Notes: generated by a model not told the origin, from the letters alone. A stretch of DNA of 64,000 nucleotides from Acetobacteraceae bacterium (GCA_965277495.1 OZ255824.1:2687452-2751451), one strand, 5' to 3'. Numbered from the stretch's first letter, positions 29,089 through 38,124 are shown. Numbers and translations: made by a program.

Positions 29089-29250
29089 GGGCTTATCCTT
29101 TGGCTGCCAGCAAGTGGGGCCTGGCATAAACGCGGCGCACGGCTTAGGTCGCAAGCGCCATCGATTACAAAATGTTAAGTATCCCACTATCGAGCAAGCC
29201 GAGCCGGATTGCGCGTGTTGTAGTCCGGAGCGCGCAAAGGACGGTTCGCG

Positions 29251-29472
29251 ATGGACGTTATGGACGGCATGGTCACGGTGGTGCAGGAAAGCCGGTTCCA
29301 ACTGACGGACGACCGGGGCGTGTCGCATTTGTTCATCCTGGGCCACGACGCGGCCGCGGAGCCCGACCAGCTCGCCGTACTATCACGGCGGCAGGCCCGG
29401 GTCCGGGTGCGCTACACGCAAGCAGAAAACCTGATCGGCCTCGTCGCCCACTCCGTTTCCACCGCCCCCTGA
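29251..29472 (+). CDS. Small hypothetical protein (beta-rich), first gene of the divergent FDH beta/NrfD operon
   Basis: SD AAGGA; GMVTVVQESRFQLTDDRGVSHLFIL; high-GC codon usage; ends 15 bp before the beta subunit. Confidence 0.75.
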   Translation: MDVMDGMVTVVQESRFQLTDDRGVSHLFILGHDAAAEPDQLAVLSRRQARVRVRYTQAENLIGLVAHSVSTAP

Positions 29473-29487
29473 TCCGAAAGGCGCATC

Positions 29488-30384
29488 ATGGACATGCACC
29501 CCCGCGTGCTCGATCACACGCAATCCCGCTTGGACCATGTCATCCCGAACGAGAGCGAGCTGACGGCCGGCGCGCTGATCGAGCCCGGCAAGTCCTATGG
29601 CTTTTTCACCGACACCACGGTCTGCATCGGCTGCAAGGCGTGCGAGGTCGCGTGCAAGGAGTGGAACAACCTGCCCGCCGACAACATCGGGCTGACCGGC
29701 CAGAGCTACGACAACACCGGGGCGTTGTCGGCCAACACCTGGCGGCACGTCAGCTTCGTCGAGAAAAGCGGCTGCGGCGGCGTGCGCGACAACAACGAGG
29801 CGCCGTTCCAGAGCGGCTGGCTGATGATGAGCGACGTGTGCAAGCACTGCCATAATGCGCCCTGCATAGAGGCCTGTCCGACCGGGGCGCTGTTCCACAC
29901 CGAGTTCAGCACAGTCGTCGTGCAGCAGGACATCTGCAACGGCTGCGGCTATTGCATTCCCGCCTGTCCGTTCGGCGTGGTCGACCTCAACACCATCGAC
30001 GGCAAGGCGCATAAGTGCACGCTTTGCTACGACCGGCTGAAGGGCGGGCTGGAACCGGCGTGCTCGAAGGCGTGCCCGACCGACAGCATCCAGTTCGGCG
30101 AGATCGGCGGCCTGCAACAGCGCGCGGCGCGCCGGGTCGAGCAACTGCACGAGGCCGGGGCCGCCAACGCCTACCTTTATGGCGTGCCGGGTTCGCCCGG
30201 CGCCACCGGGGACCTGGGCCACCTCAATGCCTTCTTCCTGCTGACCGAGCGTCCGGAGGTTTACAACCTGCCGGCAGCGCCAACCCGCGCCTCGAACCGG
30301 GTGGCGCCAAGCCTCGCCTCCGGCCTGGCGACGGTGGCCGGGCTGGCGCTCGCCGCGTTCGCCGTTTTCTCCAGCCGGGACTGA
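29488..30384 (+). CDS. FDH beta (FdnH-like) 4x[4Fe-4S] subunit with C-terminal TM anchor
   Basis: CIGCKACEVAC, CKHC...PCIEACP, CNGCGYCIPACP, CTLC...PACSKACP; hydrophobic C-terminal helix. Confidence 0.9.
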   Translation: MDMHPRVLDHTQSRLDHVIPNESELTAGALIEPGKSYGFFTDTTVCIGCKACEVACKEWNNLPADNIGLTGQSYDNTGALSANTWRHVSFVEKSGCGGVRDNNEAPFQSGWLMMSDVCKHCHNAPCIEACPTGALFHTEFSTVVVQQDICNGCGYCIPACPFGVVDLNTIDGKAHKCTLCYDRLKGGLEPACSKACPTDSIQFGEIGGLQQRAARRVEQLHEAGAANAYLYGVPGSPGATGDLGHLNAFFLLTERPEVYNLPAAPTRASNRVAPSLASGLATVAGLALAAFAVFSSRD

Positions 30385-30393
30385 GGAGGCATC

Positions 30394-31431
30394 ATGTCCG
30401 ACGAACGCGTGACGTCCACTCAGCGCCTGGCCACCGGGCATGGCCCGCAGGAAGCGCCGCTGGTCCCGCAATCGGGCACCGCCGGCGCCGTGGTGCGCGA
30501 CGGCATACCTACTTACTATGGCCGGTCGCAGCTCAAGCCGGCGCCGTTCAACAACTGGGTCGTGGGCGGCTACGTTTTCCTGGCCGGGCTATCGGGCGCG
30601 TCCGCCTTGCTGGCCGCGGCGGGGGACCTGGGGCGCGGACGGGAGGCGGGCGGCCTCGTGCGCCGGGGCCGTTATTTGTCGTTGCTGGCGCCCACCATCG
30701 GCTCCGCCCTGCTGGTTTGGGACCTGCATACGCCGCAGCGGTTCTATAACATGCTGCGCATCGCCAAGGCGACCTCGCCCATGTCGATCGGCACCTGGCT
30801 GCTGATGTCGTTCACGGGGTTCGCCGGATTGAGCGCTGCGGCGCAATTCGGGGCGGACCGGTTCGGCTGGCGCTGGATGCGCCGGGCGGCGCGGTTCACC
30901 CAAGTGCCGGCCGCCGCGGTGGGCGCGGGCATGTCCACCTACACGGCCGCGCTGCTGTCCGCGACCAGCACGCCGCTCTGGGCCGCCGCCCCGCAGGCGC
31001 TGGCCGTCCGGTTCGGCAGCTCCTCGATCGCGAGCGGGGCTGCGGCGCTTTCGCTCGGCGAACGTCCGGGGCGGAACCGACGCGCGCTGGACACCATCGC
31101 ATTGGCGGCGCTGGCGACGGAACTCATGGCCGCCACGGCGTCGCACCGCACCTATCGGCAAAAGGGCGTGGCCGCGGCGCTCGATGGCGGCTGGGGCCAG
31201 GTGGAGCGGATGGGCGCCACCGGGGCCGGCAACCTGCTGCCGCTTGGCCTTCACGCCGCGTCGCTGCTGCTGGGGCGGGGCCGCGATTCGGGGCTGTCGA
31301 GGCTTGCCTCGTTCGCTGTCCTGGCCGGCAGCGCCTTGCTGCGGGTCTCGATCATGGCGGCGGGCGACGAGTCGGCGCGGCGGCCAGAGATCAGCCTTGG
31401 CTACGCGCAACCGGAGAACTTGCCGGAGTAG
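30394..31431 (+). CDS. NrfD/PsrC family membrane anchor (quinone-interacting)
   Basis: GGYVFLAGLSG, LVWDLHTPQRF, SPMSIGTW, YTAALL, TPLW; about 8 TM. SD GAGGAGG. Confidence 0.88.
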   Translation: MSDERVTSTQRLATGHGPQEAPLVPQSGTAGAVVRDGIPTYYGRSQLKPAPFNNWVVGGYVFLAGLSGASALLAAAGDLGRGREAGGLVRRGRYLSLLAPTIGSALLVWDLHTPQRFYNMLRIAKATSPMSIGTWLLMSFTGFAGLSAAAQFGADRFGWRWMRRAARFTQVPAAAVGAGMSTYTAALLSATSTPLWAAAPQALAVRFGSSSIASGAAALSLGERPGRNRRALDTIALAALATELMAATASHRTYRQKGVAAALDGGWGQVERMGATGAGNLLPLGLHAASLLLGRGRDSGLSRLASFAVLAGSALLRVSIMAAGDESARRPEISLGYAQPENLPE

Positions 31432-31443
31432 CCCGCCAGAAAC

Positions 31444-31536
31444 GGGCGGAGGCGGATAGGAATCGAACCTACCGCACGCTGTTGGCGCGCCACTGGTTTT
31501 GAAGACCAGGGAGGCCACCAGACCCCAATCGCCTCC
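31444..31536 (-). tRNA. selC: tRNA-Sec (anticodon UCA)
   Basis: GGAGGCGA acceptor, 6-bp D-stem GGGGUC/GGCCUC, CUGGU-CUUCAAA-ACCAG anticodon arm, long variable arm GCGCGC/GCGUGC, GUAGG-UUCGAUU-CCUAU T-arm, G discriminator. CCA is not encoded. Confidence 0.95.
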
Positions 31537-31570
31537 GCTACCCAGGCTATCACCGGCCCGCGGGTCTCTG

Positions 31571-33445
31571 CTAGCCCGCCTGCGCCAGCACGCGGCGGTC
31601 GCCGATTCGGCGGGTGAAGTGCATGGCGTCCAGGTGCTCCAACAGCGGCACGCTATACTTGCGGGAGATGCCGAGCGCCGCGCCGGCCTCCGCCACCCGC
31701 AGCCCCGGCCCTTGCGCCAACAGGGGCGCCAGCACCCGCCGGGCGGCATCGACGGCATCGCGATGGAACACCACGTCGCGCTTCTGCACGCGGTCCGCCG
31801 CACGGATCGCCGCGCCCTCCCGCACCAGCCGGTCCAGCGCCTGACGGGTCGGCAGGTCCGGCGCCAGCGCAGCCGGGTCGGGCGGCGACAGCCCAGCGCG
31901 GCGCAGCGTGTCGGACAGGCGGGCCGCAAGGGTTGCCGCGGTCCGTGCCCGGCTGGCATCCTGGTCCGGCCGGGGCAGCCCGACCAGCCCGCCCTTGACC
32001 TGGACGACGCCCGATGCCGAGAGGCGGGCCAAGGCCGCATCCAGCACCGCCGGGCCAGTGCCGGGCATCAACCGTTGCAGCCCGTCCCGCGGCAGCCCGA
32101 CCGCCGGCTGTGCGGCCAGCAGGGCTGGGATACGGCGCAGCACGGCGTCAAAGGCTTCCCGCGCGACCGCGGCCTGGCCAGGCAGCACGAGGGCCGAGTC
32201 CGGGAGCAGGTCCGCCAGGCGGCCCGGGGCCACGCCGGCGAGCCGCGCGAGATCGGGCAGCGGCACCCCTGCGCCGCCGACTGCCACGATACACTGCGCC
32301 ACGATGCCCCGCGCATCCGATCCAGGCAGGGCCGCAAGCCGTCCTAGTGCCGCCGGCGTGCTCCGGCGCAACCGGACCGCCGCGGGATCAAGGACCATCC
32401 CGCCGGCGACCGTCAGCGCCGGGGACGCCGTGCGCAGGATGAAGCGTTCACGCGCCGGGGTTGCGACCGGCTGGGTGCAGCGCAGTTGCACCTGGGCCGC
32501 AGCGCCCGGCGCCAGCTCGTCGCGGTCGAGCAGGCGGAGGCGCACCGGCACCTCGGTCGTGCCCAGCAGCAGTTGCAGCACCATGCCGTTGCGCAGCGGC
32601 GGCGCGTCGTCCAGTGCATGCACGTCGACGCTTAACCAGGCCGACGCGGGCAGCAGCCCCGCCGCTGTGAGGGCGACGCCGCGTCCGACCTGCGCCACGT
32701 CCACCCCGCGCAGATTGGCCGCCACGCGCTGGCCCGGAACGGCGGTGGCCACTCGCGCGCCATGGACCTGCAATCCCCGGATGCGCGCCGTCAGCCCGCC
32801 CGGCGCGACCTCGATGGTGTCGCCCGCCGCCAGCACGCCGCGGCGGAGCGTTCCGGTCACGACGGTCCCATGGCCCGGCACGCTGAACGCGCGGTCCACC
32901 GGCAGGAACGGGAATCCGTCGTCGCCCGGCGGCGCTGCACCGTCCCCCAAAGCCGCGATGGCCTGCCGCAGCGCCTCGATGCCCTGGCCGGTGGCCGCGG
33001 ACACGGCCACTGCCGGCGATGCTTCCAGGCCGGCCCGCGCCAACAGGGCGGCGGCGTCCCGGCCGGCCGCTGCGGCCTGCGCGGGGGACACGAGGTCGGC
33101 CTTGGTGACGGCCACCACCGCCCGGCGCAGCCCGAGCAAACCGGCGATGTCCACGTGCTCCCGGGTCTGCGGCATGACCCCCTCATTCGCCGCAACGGCC
33201 AGCAGCGCCGCGCCGATGCCGGTCGCGCCGGACACCATCGTTCGCACGAAACGCTCGTGGCCCGGCATGTCCACCAGATCCACCACCGCATCGCCGGCGC
33301 CAAAATGGGCGAAGCCGAGCACGATGGAGATGCCGCGCTGCCGTTCCTCCTCCAGCCGGTCGGTTTCCATGCCGGTCAGGGCGCGCACAAGGGCGGTCTT
33401 GCCGTGGTCCACATGGCCGAGCACGCCCACTACCAGCCGCGTCAT
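31571..33445 (-). CDS. selB: Selenocysteine-specific elongation factor
   Basis: GHVDHGKT, DRLEEERQRGISI, DMPGHERF, TKAD, PVDRAFSVPGHGTVVTGT, C-terminal winged helix SRKYSVPLLEHLD. Confidence 0.95.
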   Translation of the reverse strand: MTRLVVGVLGHVDHGKTALVRALTGMETDRLEEERQRGISIVLGFAHFGAGDAVVDLVDMPGHERFVRTMVSGATGIGAALLAVAANEGVMPQTREHVDIAGLLGLRRAVVAVTKADLVSPAQAAAAGRDAAALLARAGLEASPAVAVSAATGQGIEALRQAIAALGDGAAPPGDDGFPFLPVDRAFSVPGHGTVVTGTLRRGVLAAGDTIEVAPGGLTARIRGLQVHGARVATAVPGQRVAANLRGVDVAQVGRGVALTAAGLLPASAWLSVDVHALDDAPPLRNGMVLQLLLGTTEVPVRLRLLDRDELAPGAAAQVQLRCTQPVATPARERFILRTASPALTVAGGMVLDPAAVRLRRSTPAALGRLAALPGSDARGIVAQCIVAVGGAGVPLPDLARLAGVAPGRLADLLPDSALVLPGQAAVAREAFDAVLRRIPALLAAQPAVGLPRDGLQRLMPGTGPAVLDAALARLSASGVVQVKGGLVGLPRPDQDASRARTAATLAARLSDTLRRAGLSPPDPAALAPDLPTRQALDRLVREGAAIRAADRVQKRDVVFHRDAVDAARRVLAPLLAQGPGLRVAEAGAALGISRKYSVPLLEHLDAMHFTRRIGDRRVLAQAG

Positions 33446-34812
33446 GCGCCGCACGCCGCCCGCACCGCGGCCGCGACCTCGGGCACCTCGGCGTCCCCGA
33501 CGGCCACCATGTCGAGCCAAACCCGTCCGTCGGCGATGCGCCCGACGACGGCGGGGCGCTGTGCCCGCAGGCGCCGGGCCAGGCCGTCTGCCGGCAGGCC
33601 TGGAACGCACAGGGTTACGGCTCGGCTGGGGAAGGATTGCAACGGCAGCGTCCCGCCGCCGGCCTCTGCGCGGCTGGCCTCGATGGCGGCGTCGGCCAGG
33701 GCCGGCAGCAGCGCGGCCAGGCGTTCCGCCCGGGCCTGCAAGGTGGCCTCATCCTGGCCCAGCATCCGCAGGGCCGGGACCGCCGCCCCGTCCGCATGTA
33801 GGCGCAGCGTCGCTTCCAGCGCGGCCAGCGTCAGCTTGTCCAGCCGGACGGCCCGCAGCAGCGGATGACGCCGCAAGGGATGCACCGCCGCCTGGCGCCC
33901 CACCAGCAGCCCGGCCTGCGGGCCGCCCAGCAGCTTGTCGCCGCTGAACATCACCAGGTCTGTCCCGGCGGCGAGCGAGTCCCGCACCGTCGCCTCCTCA
34001 AAGTTTCCGAGGCCGGCCAGCGCGCCGCTGCCCAGGTCGTGCAGCAACAGCAGCCCACGCTCCCGCGCCAGCGCCGACAGCTCGTCCAGCCCGGCGGCGG
34101 CGGTGAACCCGGCGATGCGGTAGTTGCTGGGATGCACCTTGAGCAGCACGCGGGTCGCTGGCGTGATGGCGTCGCGGTAGTCGGCCAGCCGGGTCTTGTT
34201 GGTGGTCCCGACCTCCACCAACCGGGCGCCGCCTTGCCGGATCACCTCGGGGATGCGGAACCCGCCGCCGATCTCGACCAGTTCGCCGCGGGACACCACG
34301 ACCTCGCCGCCGCCCGCCAGCGCGGCGAGGGCGAGCAGCACGGCGGCGGCGCAGTTGTTGACGGCCAGCGCCGCCTCCGCGCCGGTGACGGCCTGCAACG
34401 CCGCTTCTACCCCGCCGCCCCGAGGGCCGCGCGCGCCGGCGTCCAGGTCATACTCCAGGTTGGTGTAGCCCTGCGCCGCTTCCGCAACCGCCGCCGCCGC
34501 TTCCGGCGCCAGGGGCGCGCGGCCGAGATTCGTGTGCAGGATGATTCCGGTCGCGTTCACGACCCGGCGCAGCACCGGACGCCGGGCCGACTCCAGGGCC
34601 GCGCCGGCCCTTGCCAGCACCCAATCCGGGTCCGGCGGCGCGGCCGTGCCCCCTTGCAGCAGGGCCGCCCGCGCCTCGTCCAGCACGGCCCGAATCGCAT
34701 TGGCGACGGCGGCGCGCGACGCCGTGCCGAGCAGGGCCTGCGCCGCCGTCGACTCCAGCAGCCGCTGCACCTGCGGCAATGCACGCAACTTTGCGGCGAC
34801 AGCCTCGTCCAT
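33442..34812 (-). CDS. selA: L-seryl-tRNA(Sec) selenium transferase
   Basis: VVNATGIILHTNLGRAP, SRGELVEIGGGFRIP, EVGTTNKT, LKVHPSNY, FSGDKLLGGPQAG (PLP Lys). Confidence 0.95.
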   Translation of the reverse strand: MDEAVAAKLRALPQVQRLLESTAAQALLGTASRAAVANAIRAVLDEARAALLQGGTAAPPDPDWVLARAGAALESARRPVLRRVVNATGIILHTNLGRAPLAPEAAAAVAEAAQGYTNLEYDLDAGARGPRGGGVEAALQAVTGAEAALAVNNCAAAVLLALAALAGGGEVVVSRGELVEIGGGFRIPEVIRQGGARLVEVGTTNKTRLADYRDAITPATRVLLKVHPSNYRIAGFTAAAGLDELSALARERGLLLLHDLGSGALAGLGNFEEATVRDSLAAGTDLVMFSGDKLLGGPQAGLLVGRQAAVHPLRRHPLLRAVRLDKLTLAALEATLRLHADGAAVPALRMLGQDEATLQARAERLAALLPALADAAIEASRAEAGGGTLPLQSFPSRAVTLCVPGLPADGLARRLRAQRPAVVGRIADGRVWLDMVAVGDAEVPEVAAAVRAACGA

Positions 34813-34893
34813 CCGGCGTTCCGGCCTCCCTCTAAGCATCATCTCGCAGGGCGCCCTTGCGCGCTGCGAATAAGATGATGCGTTATCAAAGGC

Positions 34894-34939
34894 CCCTAAG
34901 CAGGCATTCGTTGGCCACGCCACGAATGCCTGCTTAGGG
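34894..34939. repeat. Perfect 17-bp inverted repeat in the divergent selA/selD intergenic region
   Basis: CCCTAAGCAGGCATTCG (34894-34910) / CGAATGCCTGCTTAGGG (34923-34939). The spacer adds a TGGC/GCCA stem. Confidence 0.9.
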
Positions 34940-34985
34940 CGGCGGTAATGTCATGCTTGCGCCGCAGCGCTCAAGGAGGAATCGG

Positions 34986-36029
34986 TTGGCCGACATCAAA
35001 CTTCGCCTGACGGAGCTTGCCCATGGCGGCGGCTGCGGCTGCAAGCTGGCGCCGTCCGTGCTGCATGGCCTTCTGGCGGCGATGCCGGAAGCGGCGGCCT
35101 TCCCGAACCTGCTGGTGGGAACGGAGACCGGCGACGACGCCGCGGTTTACCGGCTGAACGCCAGCCAGGCGCTGGTCGCCACCACGGATTTCTTCACGCC
35201 AATCGTCGACGATCCCTACGACTTCGGGCGGATCGCCGCGACGAATGCGCTGTCGGACGTGTATGCCATGGGCGGCACGCCGATCCTGGCGCTGGCCATC
35301 GTCGGGATGCCGTTGAACAAGCTGTCCGTCGCGGAGGTGGGGCGCATCCTGGCGGGCGGGGCGTCGGTCTGCGCCGCCGCGGGCATCCCGGTCGCGGGCG
35401 GGCATTCCATCGACAGCCCGGAGCCGATCTACGGCCTGGCGGCGCTGGGCCTGGTGCATCCGGACCGGGTGTTGCGGAACAGCGGGGCGCGTCCGGGGGA
35501 CCGGCTGATCCTGACCAAGGGCCTGGGCGTCGGCGTGCTCGGCGCGGCGTTGAAGGCGGGACGGCTGGACGCGCCGGGATACGCCGCCATGCTGGCCTCC
35601 ACGACGCGGCTGAACGATGCCGGCACTTGGCTGGCGGAGCTGCCGGGCGTGCATGCCGCCACGGATGTGACCGGCTTCGGGCTGTTGGGCCATTTGCTGG
35701 AAATGTGCCGCGGCTCCGGCCTGAGGGCGACGGTCCGGCTGCAGGATGTGCCCTTGCTGGCGGGCGTCGCGGACCTGGCGCAGCAAGGCCTGGCAACCGG
35801 CGCGTCGGCACGCAACTGGGCCAGCTATGGCGCCGAAGTGACGCTGCCCGCGGCCTTGCCGGACTGGCAGCGCGTCCTGCTGTGCGATCCGCAGACCAGC
35901 GGCGGCCTGCTGATCGCGGCATTGCCGGAGGCAGCGAGGCCATTATTGGACCGCCTGCTTGCGTCGGGATGGGCGGCTGCCGACATCGGCGATGTCGGCG
36001 CAGGGTTGCCCGGCGTGACCGTCGTTTAG
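34986..36029 (+). CDS. selD: Selenide, water dikinase (Cys-type)
   Basis: [74 protein letters not shown] before TTG 34986. Confidence 0.95.
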   Translation: MADIKLRLTELAHGGGCGCKLAPSVLHGLLAAMPEAAAFPNLLVGTETGDDAAVYRLNASQALVATTDFFTPIVDDPYDFGRIAATNALSDVYAMGGTPILALAIVGMPLNKLSVAEVGRILAGGASVCAAAGIPVAGGHSIDSPEPIYGLAALGLVHPDRVLRNSGARPGDRLILTKGLGVGVLGAALKAGRLDAPGYAAMLASTTRLNDAGTWLAELPGVHAATDVTGFGLLGHLLEMCRGSGLRATVRLQDVPLLAGVADLAQQGLATGASARNWASYGAEVTLPAALPDWQRVLLCDPQTSGGLLIAALPEAARPLLDRLLASGWAAADIGDVGAGLPGVTVV

Positions 36030-36071
36030 GCGGCCGACGGCCGCAGCCGCTCCGATTGGTTGAGCCGCCGC

Positions 36072-36308
36072 CTATCCGGGTGCGGTTTCCTCAAAGGTTA
36101 TCGCCACGTCGGCGTTGGCCGACAGCCGGACCGTGCCGTCCTCGACTTCGGCGACCAGGCCGAGCGAGATGTAGTGGTGGCGTTGGTCGCTCGAGTCTTT
36201 CTTCGTCAGCTTGATGCGGTCGCCCTCGACATGGTCGACCGTGCCGACATGCACCCCGTCGGCGCCGATAACGTCGGCATGTTCCTTGATCTCAGCAGAA
36301 TTCACCAT
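36072..36308 (-). CDS. DUF2171 family protein
   Basis: IKEHADVIGADGVHVGTVDHVEGDRIKLTKKD...HHYI pattern. Confidence 0.85.
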   Translation of the reverse strand: MVNSAEIKEHADVIGADGVHVGTVDHVEGDRIKLTKKDSSDQRHHYISLGLVAEVEDGTVRLSANADVAITFEETAPG

Positions 36309-36411
36309 TTGAGAGTCCCTGTTTCCGTGGATTCGAGTCCAAGATGCCGTAGGCGCAAGGCACCCGGCCGCCACACATGGCCAACAGCCTTGCAATGTCC
36401 AGGGTTTGCAC

Positions 36412-36427
36412 TGGCATGGGCGTTGCG
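36412..36427 (+). promoter_or_regulatory. Putative sigma54 -24/-12 promoter for the OYE gene
   Basis: TGGCATGGGCGTTGCG: GG-N10-GC with TGGCA and TTGC elements, 45 bp upstream of ATG 36472. Confidence 0.45.
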
Positions 36428-36471
36428 TATCCTCTCCGGGACTGCGCGTCTTGAAATAGGTGAGCTTGGCG

Positions 36472-37611
36472 ATGCCGGATCTTTTCAGTCCCTACACGCT
36501 CAAGGGCGTCACGCTGCGCAACCGGATCGCCATGTCGCCGATGACCATGTACCGGTCCGTCGATGGCCGGATGAACGACTTCCACGTCATGCTGATGGGG
36601 TCGCGCGCCGCGGGGGGCTTCGGCCTCGTGTTCCCCGAGCAACTGGCGATCACCCCGGACGGACGCACCGGCACCGGTTGCGCCGGCATCTACGACGATG
36701 CGCAGATCGAGGGCCTGTCGCGGGTGACGGCGATGATCAAGGACATGGGGTCCGTGCCCGCCGTGCAGCTCGGCCATACCGGGCGTAAAGGCAGCGAATT
36801 GAAGCCATGGCAGGGGAAGCTGCAATTGCCGCCCGATCATCCCGACGGGTGGCAAGTTCGCGGACCCTCGGCGATCCCGTATGGCGGACGCTACACCTTT
36901 CCCGTCCATGCGCTGACGGTCGAGGAGATCAAGGAGCTCCACCGCAGCTACGCCCGTGCGGCGCAGCGGGCGCTGGATGCCGGGTTCGAGTGGCTGGAGA
37001 TGCACTTCGCGCATGGCTACCTCGGCGCGAGCTTTTTCTCGCCGTTGGCCAACCAGCGCGGCGACGAGTATGGCGGCAGCCTCGAAAACCGGCTCCGCTT
37101 CCATCGCGAGGCGCTGGACGCGGTGCGGGCGGTGTGGCCGGAGCGCCTGCCGCTGACGATGCGCCTCGGTTCCGACGACTTCAACGAGCGCGGCGTGCAG
37201 TTCGACGATGCCGTTTGGGCGGTGGGCGTCATGAAGCAGCACGGTCTCGACTTGGCCGATCTCAGCCTCGGCATGAACACGGACGACATCAAGGACGTGC
37301 CGTTCGGCGACGTGGCGTTCATGGTCGAGCGCGGCAGCCGCGTCCGGCGCGAGGTCGGCATCCCCGTGGGCGTGAGCTGGAACCTCGGGCTGCCCGCGGT
37401 GGCCGACCGGGTGATCCGCGAGGAGCTGATCGACCTGGTGCTGCTGGGGCGGCCCGCCTTGTCGAACCCGCACTGGCCGGTCTGGGCCGCGCGCGAGCTG
37501 GCGCACAACGACCCGTTCTCGCTGATTCCGGAGGACTGGTCGTGGTGGCTGCGCAACCGGCCCGGCCCGGAAGGGTCGCTCGGCTGGCCCGCCGTCGCCC
37601 GTGGTGCCTGA
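36472..37611 (+). CDS. NADH:flavin oxidoreductase (Old Yellow Enzyme family)
   Basis: LRNRIAMSPM, VQLGHTGRK, EMHFAHGYL, NQRGDEYGGSLENR, LLGRPALSNPHW. Confidence 0.92.
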   Translation: MPDLFSPYTLKGVTLRNRIAMSPMTMYRSVDGRMNDFHVMLMGSRAAGGFGLVFPEQLAITPDGRTGTGCAGIYDDAQIEGLSRVTAMIKDMGSVPAVQLGHTGRKGSELKPWQGKLQLPPDHPDGWQVRGPSAIPYGGRYTFPVHALTVEEIKELHRSYARAAQRALDAGFEWLEMHFAHGYLGASFFSPLANQRGDEYGGSLENRLRFHREALDAVRAVWPERLPLTMRLGSDDFNERGVQFDDAVWAVGVMKQHGLDLADLSLGMNTDDIKDVPFGDVAFMVERGSRVRREVGIPVGVSWNLGLPAVADRVIREELIDLVLLGRPALSNPHWPVWAARELAHNDPFSLIPEDWSWWLRNRPGPEGSLGWPAVARGA

Positions 37612-37722
37612 TCCAGCCTTTCGCAACCGTCCGCTGCAGCCGCCACGACCGCTTTTGTTCCGGTAGAGCCCTCGCACCCGGAGTGCCACATTCGAGCCCG
37701 ACCAGGCGGGAGAGGCCAGAAG

Positions 37723-38124
37723 GTGGCGCGCAGGCCGGAGGCGGATCGGCGACAGGCAGACTTTTTCGGCGTGCCTGCCCCGGCGCCAGCCGCGCCGGAG
37801 CGTCTGCCGGCCCCGAAGCCGCAACCCGGGCAGGACATCAAGCGCTGGCCGCCGACGCCGGACAGCGGAGATGCGCCGTTGGGCGACAGCATCGACGCGC
37901 TGGCTGCGCGCTTGTCCCCTGCCGAGCTGAACGAACTCGTCGCCGCGTTGCCGGACGAAGCCCTGGCGCACTTGGTCGTCGCCACCGCCCGCCAGCTCCG
38001 TCGCCGGCTTGCACGCAGCGGCGGGCGTGGCGGCAAAGGCCGCGCCTCCGCCCTCGAGCGCTCGGCCCGGCAGCTTATCGCCGAGCTGGGCGAACAAGGC
38101 GACGATGATTGGCGCGAGGGTTAA
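37723..38124 (+). CDS. Hypothetical protein (Pro-rich N-terminus, helical C-terminus)
   Basis: SD GGGAGAGG, GTG start, high-GC codon usage. No recognised family. Confidence 0.6.
   Translation: MARRPEADRRQADFFGVPAPAPAAPERLPAPKPQPGQDIKRWPPTPDSGDAPLGDSIDALAARLSPAELNELVAALPDEALAHLVVATARQLRRRLARSGGRGGKGRASALERSARQLIAELGEQGDDDWREG

Noticed and set aside
29122-29136. TGGCAT...GC with sigma54 spacing in the Sec-FDH divergent region
   Set aside because: The -12 element is CGGC, not TTGC; too weak to call.
31908-33947. Long Arg/Ala/Pro-rich ORFs antisense or off-frame to real genes (also 1250-2800, 23036-24748, 42288-44363, 46055-48163 and many others)
   Set aside because: Typical high-GC shadow frames with no motifs or SD, fully overlapping well-supported genes.
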